Part shown: positions 20,309 through 29,143 of the stretch, piece after piece
Layout: each line of letters starts with the position of its first letter
Position numbering within the stretch: position 1 is the first letter of the stretch
Notes under the pieces: model-generated
Databases searched by the model: none
What the model saw: the letters and a program-made list of their open reading frames with translations, nothing else
What the model was told of the DNA's origin: nothing
Position numbers and translations under genes: made by a program
Source of the DNA: a candidate division FCPU426 bacterium
GTDB taxonomy: Bacteria > Oederibacteriota > JAAXVQ01 > JAUVAV01
Assembly: GCA_040756875.1 (NCBI GenBank)
Contig: JBFLYH010000001.1
Location: 1,484,399-1,548,398, forward strand
DNA length: 64,000 nt
Reading direction: 5' to 3'

Positions 20309-20649
20309 ATTCGGCGTCTCCTCCGGCCCATCCGGATCAATTCAGCTTTAGCTGCGCGCGTCAAGCGCTTGATTTGCAGTTCACGCCTCATGGCCGCGCT
20401 TAAATCCGAGCAGGCCTCCTGATAGACCAGTTTCACCGGCTTATGGGAGGCGGTGTATTTGGCGCCCCGCCCCTGGTTGTGCTGCTTGATCCGATGCTCC
20501 ACATCCACCGTCAGGCCGGTGTAAAAGGACTTGTCACGGCAGCGGACGATGTAAACGAAAAAACGGCGTTTGGCTTTCCGCCGTCTTGCCAGCCGCTGTT
20601 TGGTTTTCAGTTTCTGTTCCTCCGCGCAACGGCTCTGCTCCGCGCCCAA
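20305..20649 (-). CDS. GIY-YIG nuclease (UPF0213-like); start uncertain, probably downstream of 20649
   Basis: FVYIVRCRDKSFYTGLT...RIKQHNQGRGAKYT...AMRRELQIK. Confidence 0.88.
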   Translation of the reverse strand: MGAEQSRCAEEQKLKTKQRLARRRKAKRRFFVYIVRCRDKSFYTGLTVDVEHRIKQHNQGRGAKYTASHKPVKLVYQEACSDLSAAMRRELQIKRLTRAAKAELIRMGRRRRRI

Positions 20650-20659
20650 GGCGCGGAGT

Positions 20660-21011
20660 TGGTGGAGGCGGCGGGAATCGAACCCGCGTCCGAAAGACTT
20701 CCTGCTGGCCCCTCTACATGCTTAGTCCCGATTTTCCAGCTCGCCTTGCGATCCTCCTCGGAACCGGATGGTCATAAGGCTATTCCCGGTAATTCTCGCC
20801 CGACCGCCCCAGGACCGAACGGCCAAGCCACCCTGCGAAGTGTCGCCCCATGGCCCCGGCAGGGTCGAAACCATGGAACGTGCAACCTAATTAGGCTGCG
20901 AGTGCGAACTCAGGTTCAGCAGTTAAAGGTTCCACCGTATTTAACGAGGTGAGATGGATTCCTCGGCATGCCAAGCCAACCAAAAGACTCCCGTCGAATC
21001 CAAGCGCCCCC
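20660..21011 (-). ncRNA. ssrA: tmRNA; tag peptide (A)AEPEFALAA* at 20920-20891
   Basis: 5' GGGGGCGCTTGGATTCGACGGG, 3' GACGCGGGTTCGATTCCCGCCGCCTCCACCA with a G3-U acceptor pair. Resume context TTAACT-GCT and a tag ending LAA-TAA. Confidence 0.97.
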
Positions 21012-21218
21012 AGTCTTTTCGCGAAGCGAAAAGACAGAGCAGTGGAGCAGGTGAACAGTGGAGCAGGTGAGCAAAAGCTCCACTGCGACCAAAGGAAGTC
21101 CCTTCAGGGACGGTCCACTGTTCTACTGCTCAACTGTTCAAGCCCTTTTGCCCCGCTTATTCACCCTCTTTGCTCCGGCCTGTTCTACTGGTCGTCGCCT
21201 CTTGCCATTTTCGCCCTT

Positions 21219-21247
21219 ATACTACCACCAAAACCGCAAAAGGGCAA
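21219..21247 (-). promoter_or_regulatory. Probable promoter for tmRNA (about 200-nt leader)
   Basis: Minus strand TTGCCC, 17 bp ending in TGG, TAGTAT. Confidence 0.5.
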
Positions 21248-21288
21248 ACAGTGCCGCACTCAGAGAGCAAAGGGCTGTTACCCAGGGC

Positions 21289-23823
21289 TCAATTGGCCAC
21301 GGCCAGGCGGCGCCGCAACTGCCGCCTGGTTCCATCCTGAAAGCGGACGTCCACATCCAGCACATAGACCCCGCTCCGCACACGCAGGCCTTGGTCATTT
21401 CGCCCGTCCCAGCCCAGGGCTTGCATGCCCGCGGAGCGGTTGTCGTCCAGCAGGGTTTTGACCGGCCGGCCCTGCAGGGTCAGGACGCGTAAAACGGCCT
21501 TTCCGGTTTGTTCCATATAAAAAGAAACCTGCACCGGACCGGCGCTTAAAGGGCAGGGGTTCGGATAAATCCGCAACGAGGAGGAAAGCTCAGGCTGCCG
21601 GATATGCAGAGGGCCGGCCAGCAGGGGATAATTCTTCCCGGGCACAGGCTCGGCATACGCCCGGCCGGCATTCAAGCTCTGGCCGTCGTTAAGCCCGATG
21701 AAAACCGTATCGTGGGCCGGCTGCGCGAGCATGTCCGCCGCAATGGCAAGCGACAGCGTGCCCTGATCCGGAATCACGACCGCAGGATTGAAGAAGAACC
21801 AGCCGGTGTTCAACTGGAGGGCAGCCGGCGCCCGCCCTTCGGTCTGCGCTTCCACCCGCTGGAAAACGCTGTTCCACGCGATCCGCTGGTGCTTGCCGTC
21901 CTGCAGGGCCAGGGAAAGCGAAGACAGTGTGAACGCCTGGCCGCTGACATTGCGCACTTGGACCGTGCCCAAAGCGATGTCCGCGGTTCCTTTCACCACG
22001 TTGACCGGCGCGTCCGGAATAAAATCCAGGTAATACCGGACCGTGGGTTGGATGGTTTGGGCCGTGCTGTTGATCAGGAGCGACCGGCCCAGCGGCGTGC
22101 CGACCTGGAACATTGCCGCGCCGATGAGCAAGGTGAATTGGCAGGTCCGGCCGGGCTGAGCCTGGGGCAGAACATCGGCCGTGATGAAGAGGTTATCCCC
22201 CTCCTGCAGGGTCTGGTTCGTGTCCAGGCCCCATTGGCGGGGCGAAGCTTCGTTCATGATTCCCAGCAAGGTGGACGTGCCTGGATCGAACACCGTGCCG
22301 CTGGGCGCGTACCACAGGCGCACGGCCGCCAGGTCGGCTAGGGCTTCCGCGGTGCCTGTGTTCTCCACGCTCAACGCCTGCAAGGTGTCCGGCGAGGTGG
22401 AATGGTAGCGCAGCTGCCCGACCAGGTTGTCAGAAGTGCCGAGATACAGGATCGTTTCAGTGGCGGATATCCACTCCAAGGCTGCCGAAGGCACGGGGTC
22501 CTCATCCGCGCCGATGTCCCAGGGCGCGGTGCGGGGCTCACCATCTATGTCGTCGGCCAGAGAGAGGTAAACGTCCGTACTCAAATCCTGCCCAGCGTCC
22601 CGGGCCTGAAGATCAGTGTGGGAGAGGTGGAAATCGAAATTGCCCGGGTCGATGAATGTTACCAGCGTGTTATTTTTGGAGTGGAGGCCGGGCGCCTCGT
22701 TCGGGAGATCCGAAATATTATAGTCCGAAGCAATGGAAAACGCCTGGCCGGCCTGGGTGTAGTAGCCCCGCGTGCAGCCTTGCGCCAGGTTGTTTTTGAC
22801 CACCATTTGGCCGTTCCACAAGTTGATGCCATAGGTACTGTTGATAAAGGTGTTGTTGTACATATAACAGGTAAAACTGGGCTGGTCGAGCTCCATGGCT
22901 TCGCTGTTGGCTGTAGAGCGAAAATTGAAAAACACGTTGTTCCACACACGCACCGTGCCGCTGCCCGCCGCGTCCCAAATCAGCAGGCCGATGTGCCAGT
23001 CATTGGTGGTGGAATCCACGCTGCGGAACAGGCAGTGCGACACCCGGACATCCGCCTGACCGTTGCAGCGGACCCAAACCTGGCCCGTGCCGTCAACAGT
23101 CACGTTGGTGTGGTAAAACTTCAAGCCTTCGATGCGGACATGGTTGGCGTATATCCGGACGCTAACCTCGTTGTCGATCTCCATGCAATATCCCTGGCCG
23201 TTGACCCAACGTCCGGTGTGGCGCTGGCTCACGCCCGCTTCCGTGGGCAGGACCGGGGTGAAAACGCGGATATAGTGGGTGCTGTCCGTCACCCAGCTGT
23301 CTCCCCACCACGCGGGCACCGTGTCCGGCGCGTCCGCGTAGCAGGCCACGTTCAGCACTTCGTCGGATCCGGCCTCGGTCAGGTTTTTAGGGCCGGGGTC
23401 AAAATCCCGCAAGGCCGGCTCCACCCCGGGATTTTCCGCTCCTTCGTCGATGTCGTCCATGCAGTCATACGCCCGAAAAACGGACCAGTCCTGGTCCCCA
23501 CTGCAGGCCGCGGGCGTGCCGCCGCTGGCGCTCCGCACCTGATAGGAAGTGCTGCTCGCGCGGCTGTGAATGAACGCCAGGGCATCCACGGTTCCGTCGC
23601 CATTCGCGTCGTACTGGATGACATCCCCCACGCCGATAGCATTGGGCAGGCCGGTCGCAAAAGCCGCGGTGGTTCCGGAAATGACGAGGTTATTGCTGCC
23701 GCCCGTGGCCAGGGGAAGGTTGTTGCCCGGCCCGACCGAACGATAGATGGGCGTAGCAGCCCAGGCCGGAGCGGCTGCAACCGCCAACATCAGGATCAGG
23801 CAGCACCGCGAGCTACGAAGCAT
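21289..23823 (-). CDS. Secreted protein with right-handed beta-helix region, Ig-like domains and C-terminal FlgD-Ig/T9SS-like domain
   Basis: Signal peptide (APAWA), beta-helix repeats (VWNNVF, MYNNTF, VKNNL), WDIGADE, and C-terminal IYPNP...LTLQGRPVKTL...WDGRNDQG..V.SGVY. Confidence 0.85.
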   Translation of the reverse strand: MLRSSRCCLILMLAVAAAPAWAATPIYRSVGPGNNLPLATGGSNNLVISGTTAAFATGLPNAIGVGDVIQYDANGDGTVDALAFIHSRASSTSYQVRSASGGTPAACSGDQDWSVFRAYDCMDDIDEGAENPGVEPALRDFDPGPKNLTEAGSDEVLNVACYADAPDTVPAWWGDSWVTDSTHYIRVFTPVLPTEAGVSQRHTGRWVNGQGYCMEIDNEVSVRIYANHVRIEGLKFYHTNVTVDGTGQVWVRCNGQADVRVSHCLFRSVDSTTNDWHIGLLIWDAAGSGTVRVWNNVFFNFRSTANSEAMELDQPSFTCYMYNNTFINSTYGINLWNGQMVVKNNLAQGCTRGYYTQAGQAFSIASDYNISDLPNEAPGLHSKNNTLVTFIDPGNFDFHLSHTDLQARDAGQDLSTDVYLSLADDIDGEPRTAPWDIGADEDPVPSAALEWISATETILYLGTSDNLVGQLRYHSTSPDTLQALSVENTGTAEALADLAAVRLWYAPSGTVFDPGTSTLLGIMNEASPRQWGLDTNQTLQEGDNLFITADVLPQAQPGRTCQFTLLIGAAMFQVGTPLGRSLLINSTAQTIQPTVRYYLDFIPDAPVNVVKGTADIALGTVQVRNVSGQAFTLSSLSLALQDGKHQRIAWNSVFQRVEAQTEGRAPAALQLNTGWFFFNPAVVIPDQGTLSLAIAADMLAQPAHDTVFIGLNDGQSLNAGRAYAEPVPGKNYPLLAGPLHIRQPELSSSLRIYPNPCPLSAGPVQVSFYMEQTGKAVLRVLTLQGRPVKTLLDDNRSAGMQALGWDGRNDQGLRVRSGVYVLDVDVRFQDGTRRQLRRRLAVAN

Positions 23824-23898
23824 CGAACTCCACCTTTAGGTTATGCTTCCGATATTTTCTTCCTGCCGGGTCAGACGGTCAAGGGGCCGGGGGCAAAA

Positions 23899-24639
23899 TC
23901 ACATGGACAGCCGTTTGAACATTGACTCGGGAATCGAACGGACGATCAGCATGATCCAGCGCCAATATCCGGGCAGGTAAACCACGTCCCGGCCCTGTTT
24001 GACCGCCCGTATAATCCCCGCGGCAATGGTTTCGGCTGAAGCGAAGAGCAGGCCCTTTTTAAGATGGCGGGTCATGGGCGTGTCCACGAAACCGGGCTTC
24101 ACGGTCAGCACGCGCACACGGCTTTTGTATAGCCGGTTGCGCAGCCCCTGTAAATAGGCGGAAAAACCCGCTTTGGCTGAACCGTAATAATAGTTGCTCT
24201 GGCGGCCGCGGTCCCCGGCCACAGAGGAAACGCCCACGATCAGGCCCTGCTTCCGGCGCTCCAGGTGCGGGACCAGGCGTTCCAGCACGGAGACTGCGCC
24301 CGTGAAGTTCGCGGCCAGCATGTCCTGGACCAGGCTGAAATCCTTCTGCGCCTCCTCCTGGGGATGCAGGATTCCGAAAAACAGGTATACTTCGTCCACG
24401 GCCTTGACCTTGCGCATGACCTCCTGCACGAAACGGTCGTGAGTGTCCGGGCGCAGGGCGTCGAAGCCCATGACCAGGGGTTCTGGCCCCTGGTTGCGCA
24501 CCGCCGCATCCGCCGCGGTCTTGCGCAGCTCGGCTGTGTTCCGGCTGGCGAGGATCAGCCGGTTGTCCGGCCCGGCCAGTTTCCGGATCAAGGCCTTGGC
24601 CATGCCCGAATTCGCGCCGAGAACGAGAACGGTTTTCAT
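23899..24639 (-). CDS. SDR oxidoreductase, DprE2-like (polyprenyl-phospho-2-keto-pentose reductase family)
   Basis: LGANSGMA, SSVAGDRGRQSNYYYGSAKAG and VKPGFVDTPMT. Paired with a DprE1-like gene. Confidence 0.85.
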   Translation of the reverse strand: MKTVLVLGANSGMAKALIRKLAGPDNRLILASRNTAELRKTAADAAVRNQGPEPLVMGFDALRPDTHDRFVQEVMRKVKAVDEVYLFFGILHPQEEAQKDFSLVQDMLAANFTGAVSVLERLVPHLERRKQGLIVGVSSVAGDRGRQSNYYYGSAKAGFSAYLQGLRNRLYKSRVRVLTVKPGFVDTPMTRHLKKGLLFASAETIAAGIIRAVKQGRDVVYLPGYWRWIMLIVRSIPESMFKRLSM

Positions 24640-24681
24640 ACGCTCCTCCACGTTTTAAATCGAATGATACCGGACGATCGT

Positions 24682-24819
24682 CGGAGGAGGAAGCCTTTCA
24701 TTGCTTGTTCAAACTGCCCCGGCATGCAAAAGCCGCGGGGTGGCAACTGCATGGGTCTAGGGAAATTTGAGCGACCGGGGCAAAACGTGATCACAAGCAA
24801 CGAAAGGCTCCCTCCTCCG
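24682..24819 (-). repeat. Nested-hairpin element E1 (27-bp terminal inverted repeat plus inner TGCCCCGG/CCGGGGCA stem)
   Basis: 24682-24708 is the reverse complement of 24793-24819 with 2 mismatches, both G-U pairs on the minus strand. Confidence 0.85.
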
Positions 24820-24859
24820 GCACTCCTAATCATTTTCTTCCCCACTACTCCTGTTGCTT

Positions 24860-25002
24860 GGCTCTGGAGGCGAAGAAAAATTTGCCGGCGTTCATGTTCT
24901 GCCCCTGTCGCCCGAATTCAAATTAACCAAGGCCAAACCTCACAAGTTCATTTGCATACAGGGGCAATTAACGCGTGCAAATTTTTCTTCGCCTCCAGAG
25001 CC
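24860..25002 (+). repeat. Nested-hairpin element E2 (perfect 26-bp terminal inverted repeat plus inner TGCCCCTGT/ACAGGGGCA stem); inverted homologue of E1
   Basis: GGCTCTGGAGGCGAAGAAAAATTTGC (24860-24885) is the exact reverse complement of 24977-25002. Confidence 0.9.
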
Positions 25003-25003
25003 T

Positions 25004-26371
25004 TCATCCCCCTACTAGCCCCAACCTCCGCCCCATATCCGAGGCGAACACGCCCTGGGGATCGTACTTGGCCCGCGCCCGTTTCCACTCCTTGAGGCGG
25101 GGGTACATGCGTTCGAAGGTCTTGCGCTGCATGCGGCTGTCCTTGGCCAGGTAGAGGCGTCCTCCGAACTTGAGCACCAGCCGGTCCCATTCGTCCATGT
25201 GCTTCAGGATCGACCCGTCGCCCACCGGAAAATCCAGGGCCAGGAAATATCCCGGTTCGGGAAAGGACAAGGGCGCCGGGTTTTTCATGGGCCCGAATTT
25301 TTTCAGCACGGCCAGGAAAGAGGCCTTGCCGGTTTTGGCGATCGCCTCCAGCACCGCGCGCACGCCTTCGAAGCTGTGCGGCGGCGGGATGAGGAATTGG
25401 TACTGCAGCATGCCGCGCCGGCCGTATCCTCGGTTCCAATGCAGGATCGAGTCCAGCGGATAAAAGAAGCTGTCGTAATCCATGATGGTTTCCAGCCGCC
25501 GGGGGTGCTTGCCGTAATAAACCAGGTTGAACGCGTGCATGCTGAGCGGATTGAGCGCCAGCTCCGGGAAATCGAAGGGCACCGCAATTTTAAGTTTGCG
25601 GGGCACGGCCAGGGGTTCGCGGCGCTGGCGGGCACTGGCGAGTTCGGACTGCTTGGCAAAACGGCCGCGCATGAGAATGCTGCGTCCCAGGCTGCGGCCC
25701 TGGGCCAGGCAGTCGATCCAGGCCACGGTCATGAGCTCGGCCGGGGTCTCTTCCAGCAGGCGGAAGATGCCCTCCAGGTTGGGCGCTTTCAAGCCTTCAT
25801 ATTTAACATAGCTGCTCTCGATCTTCATCAGGTCCAGTTCCACGCTGGTGATGACGCCGGTAAGCCCCATGCCGCCCACGGTCGCCCAAAACAGGTCGGG
25901 TTTCTCGGTGGGCGAGCAGGATACCTCCCGGCCGTCGGCCAGCACCAGGTGCAGCCGGCGCAGGTAGTGGCCGAGCGGAAAGCGGCTCTTGCCGTGCACG
26001 TCGCAGGCCACGCACCCGCCGAGCGTGGGATACTGCGTGCCAGGCGTCACCGGCATAAACCAGCCCCGCGGCACCAGGGTGTGCAGCACCTGTTCCAGCG
26101 TCACTCCGGCTTCGGCGTGCAGGCGGCCGCGCTGGGCGTCGAAACCCAAAAACCGGTCTGCGGGCACGCAGTCCAGGCACCAGCCGTCGCGGTTCAAGGA
26201 GGCGTCGCCGTAGCTCCGACCCTCGCCCCGCGCCAGCACCGGGCGGCCCTGGCGGCCGGCCAGCCGGCGCTGCACGTCTGATGCGGACCACACGGGCTCG
26301 ACCTGCGCCTGGCTCCTGGGATACCGCCCCCAGCCGCACAGGGTTTGCATGGGCACGCCCTTGGTTGTCAT
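25004..26371 (-). CDS. FAD-linked oxidoreductase, DprE1-like (polyprenyl-phosphoribose 2'-oxidase family)
   Basis: GWGRYP, ARGEGRSYGDASLN, PVTPGT..TLGGCVACDVHGK, FFYPLD, FLAVLKKFG and GGRLYLAKDSR. Confidence 0.9.
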   Translation of the reverse strand: MTTKGVPMQTLCGWGRYPRSQAQVEPVWSASDVQRRLAGRQGRPVLARGEGRSYGDASLNRDGWCLDCVPADRFLGFDAQRGRLHAEAGVTLEQVLHTLVPRGWFMPVTPGTQYPTLGGCVACDVHGKSRFPLGHYLRRLHLVLADGREVSCSPTEKPDLFWATVGGMGLTGVITSVELDLMKIESSYVKYEGLKAPNLEGIFRLLEETPAELMTVAWIDCLAQGRSLGRSILMRGRFAKQSELASARQRREPLAVPRKLKIAVPFDFPELALNPLSMHAFNLVYYGKHPRRLETIMDYDSFFYPLDSILHWNRGYGRRGMLQYQFLIPPPHSFEGVRAVLEAIAKTGKASFLAVLKKFGPMKNPAPLSFPEPGYFLALDFPVGDGSILKHMDEWDRLVLKFGGRLYLAKDSRMQRKTFERMYPRLKEWKRARAKYDPQGVFASDMGRRLGLVGG

Positions 26372-26375
26372 CCGA

Positions 26376-26843
26376 TCATTCCCTCCCCCGCTGCCGCAAC
26401 TGGCGGTCGGTTTCGCGCTTGATGTCCCGCTCCTTGAGCGCCTGCTTTTTGTCGTGAGTCTGCTTGCCTTTGGCCAGGGCCAGCTCCACTTTGACCTTGT
26501 TCCCTTTCAGGTAAATGGACAGCGGCACCAAGGTGCACCCCCGCTGCGCCACCTGACCGGCCAGTTTATGAATCTCGCGCCTGTGCATGAGCAGCCGGCG
26601 CGTGCGCGTGGGATCGGGGTTCTGGCGGTTGCCCTGGGGATAGGGGGAAATGTGCAGGTTCAGGAGAAACAGCGAACCCTCTTTCACCAGCCCGTAGCTG
26701 TCCACGAGGTTGCCCTCGCCGGCGCGCAGGGACTTGACCTCGCAGCCGACCAGGGCGATGCCCGCTTCGTGCTTCTCCAGGATGTGGTAGAGGTGCAGGG
26801 CCTTGCGGTTGCGCACCAGCACGCGGATCTCCGGCTCGCTCAC
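26376..26843 (-). CDS. smpB: SsrA-binding protein
   Basis: NRKALHLYHILEKHEAGIALVGCEVKSLR...RRLLMHRREI...LAKGKQTHDKK. Confidence 0.97.
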   Translation of the reverse strand: MSEPEIRVLVRNRKALHLYHILEKHEAGIALVGCEVKSLRAGEGNLVDSYGLVKEGSLFLLNLHISPYPQGNRQNPDPTRTRRLLMHRREIHKLAGQVAQRGCTLVPLSIYLKGNKVKVELALAKGKQTHDKKQALKERDIKRETDRQLRQRGRE

Positions 26844-29119
26844 AATCGCCTCCGGCCGCCCCGCTTCGCGACCCGCGGCGGATTGCGCCGTGCAGGCGCG
26901 GCAGGCGGCTCTTCGTCCAGGCGGAAATAAACGCGGCTCTCCGCCTGGTCCACGGCCGCCACCCGCACGCTGACCTTGTCCCCGGTCGCGAACAGCCGGC
27001 CGTGGTTGGCTCCCACCAGCACGCGCTTGCGGTCGTCGAAGTAATAATAGTCATCCAGAAGGTCCGGAATCCGCACCAGGCCCTCCACGAAAACCTCGTC
27101 CAGTTCCACGAAAAAACCGAAGTTCGCGACCGAGCCGATCACGCCGGAATACGTCCGCCCGATTTTATCCGACATGAACTCGGCCTGTTTGAGCTTCACG
27201 GCCTCGCGCTCCGCTTTTTCCGCCCGCCGCTCAGTGGCGGACAACTGCATGCCGAGCAGCTCCAGCCTGGCCAGGGCCAGCGGTTTGCCCGCCAGGCTGG
27301 CCACGAGCTGGCGGTGCACCAGCAAGTCCGGATAGCGCCGGATGGGCGAGGTAAAGTGCGTGTAACAGGCGCTGGCCAGGCCGAAATGCCCCTGGTTGCG
27401 CGGCGAGTAGACGGCCAGCTTCATGGCGCGCAGCAGCGACATGTTCAACAGCGGGGCCTCGGGTTTGTCCTGCCAGGACCGCAGCAGCTTTTGGAAAGCC
27501 TTGGCCGCTTCGCGGGGTTTGCCGAGCCTGAGCTCGTAGCCGTAGGCCGCGATAAACTCACGGAAATCCTCCAGCTTCTCGCCGTCCGGCGTCTCGTGGA
27601 TCCGATAGAGCGTCGGCAGGCTGTGCCGCTGCAGGTGGCGCGCCACGGCCTCGTTGGCCGCGAGCATGCAGTCCTCGATGAGCCGGTGGCTCGCGAGCTG
27701 CGGCCGGCGCTCGATGGTGGTAACCCGGCCGTCCGGGCCGAGCACCACGCGCGGGTCCGGCAGGTCGAAGTCCAGGCTGCCGCGGCCCATGCGCTGGCGT
27801 CGCAGGGCCTGGGACACGGCCCACAGGCGCTTGAGCTCGGGGATAAAGCGTCCGGCCGGGTCTTCGGCCGGCCGTCCGGCCAGCACCTCCTCCACGCCCT
27901 CGTAGGTCAGGCGGGCCGCACTGTGGATCACGCTCCGGCTGAATTCGGCGTGGGACACCCGGCCGTCCGGCTCCACGGTCAACAGTGCGCTCACGGCCAG
28001 GCGGTCGAGGTCCGGACGCAGGCTGCAAACTCCGCACGACAGCGGTTCAGGCAGCATGTGCAGCACCCGGTCCGGCAGGTAAACGCTGGTGCCGCGCTCC
28101 CTGGCCTCCGCGTCCAGCAGCGACCCCGGCGCCAGGTAATGCGCCACGTCGGCGATGTGCACGCCCAGATGCCAGCCGCCGCCCGGCCGGTCCGCGCAGG
28201 AGACCGCGTCGTCGAAATCGCGCGCATCCGCACCGTCGATGGTGAAGATGGTTTCTTTCCGCAGGTCCAGGCGGCCGCGGCAGGCTGCTTCGTCCGGTTC
28301 GCGGGCCGCGGCAGCGGCCTGCTCCCAGGCGGGCGCGGAAAAGCGGTCGGGAATCTCGAAACGCCGGATCAGGGAGGTGATGTCCACGCCCGGCTCGTCC
28401 GGCCGGCCGAGCACCTCTTCGACGTGGGCCTGCCCCGGCTCCAGGCCGCGCGGCCATACGGTCACGCGCGCCACGACTTTTTGCCCGGATTTGGCGCCCG
28501 TGCGCCGGTTGGCCGGCACGACCAGGTCGCTAGCCGTGAAGAATCCTTCGGGCTTGATCCAGGTCTGTCCCTGCCGCTCGCTGAGCACGCCCACCACGGT
28601 CTGTCTGGCCCGCTCCAGCACCCGCACGATCTGGCCGCGGCGCCGGGCCACTTCGCCCGGCCGCCGGCCGGGCTGGGTGAACACACGGACTTCGACCAGG
28701 TCCTCGGGCAGGGCGTCGAGCAGGTCCGGCCCGGCCACGTAACAATCCGTCTGGCCGGCATCCAGGGGAATGACGAAGCCGAACCCGGGCTGGCTCTGTT
28801 GCAGCCTCCCCCGCAGTATCGCGGCGGATGTGCCGCGGCGCTCGCGCGGGGCAGGCGCGGCTTTGGCCGGTTTGGCCGCCGACTGCTGCTTCTTAGCCCG
28901 AAATCCGGACGCCGGCAGACCGAACAGGCCACCGCGCAGCCGCACGATCTGGCCTTCGGACTGGAGAGATTGCAGACGGCCGGCCAGATCCCTGCGCCGG
29001 CCGGCAGGCAGGCGCAGGCGCTGCAGCAGCTGCCTCAGGGACAGCGGCCCGGCGTGCAAGTGGGACAGAATCGTTCCGGATAAAACCGCCGGGCCGGATT
29101 GAAATTTGCGTTTGGACAC
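26840..29119 (-). CDS. rnr: Ribonuclease R
   Basis: GFGFV cold-shock domain, TIDGADARDFDDA, HFGLAS..YTHFTSPIRRYPDL and C-terminal S1 domain. Adjacent to smpB. Confidence 0.96.
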   Translation of the reverse strand: MSKRKFQSGPAVLSGTILSHLHAGPLSLRQLLQRLRLPAGRRRDLAGRLQSLQSEGQIVRLRGGLFGLPASGFRAKKQQSAAKPAKAAPAPRERRGTSAAILRGRLQQSQPGFGFVIPLDAGQTDCYVAGPDLLDALPEDLVEVRVFTQPGRRPGEVARRRGQIVRVLERARQTVVGVLSERQGQTWIKPEGFFTASDLVVPANRRTGAKSGQKVVARVTVWPRGLEPGQAHVEEVLGRPDEPGVDITSLIRRFEIPDRFSAPAWEQAAAAAREPDEAACRGRLDLRKETIFTIDGADARDFDDAVSCADRPGGGWHLGVHIADVAHYLAPGSLLDAEARERGTSVYLPDRVLHMLPEPLSCGVCSLRPDLDRLAVSALLTVEPDGRVSHAEFSRSVIHSAARLTYEGVEEVLAGRPAEDPAGRFIPELKRLWAVSQALRRQRMGRGSLDFDLPDPRVVLGPDGRVTTIERRPQLASHRLIEDCMLAANEAVARHLQRHSLPTLYRIHETPDGEKLEDFREFIAAYGYELRLGKPREAAKAFQKLLRSWQDKPEAPLLNMSLLRAMKLAVYSPRNQGHFGLASACYTHFTSPIRRYPDLLVHRQLVASLAGKPLALARLELLGMQLSATERRAEKAEREAVKLKQAEFMSDKIGRTYSGVIGSVANFGFFVELDEVFVEGLVRIPDLLDDYYYFDDRKRVLVGANHGRLFATGDKVSVRVAAVDQAESRVYFRLDEEPPAAPARRNPPRVAKRGGRRRL

Positions 29120-29143
29120 GTTTCCTCGTTTCGGGCTTTGGGC

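Noticed and set aside
24682-25002. Hairpins as integron attC sites, simple terminators or IS ends
   Set aside because: No clear RYYYAAC/GTTRRRY ends, no U-tract after the stems, no evident target-site duplication, and no integrase or transposase nearby. Kept as an unclassified element.
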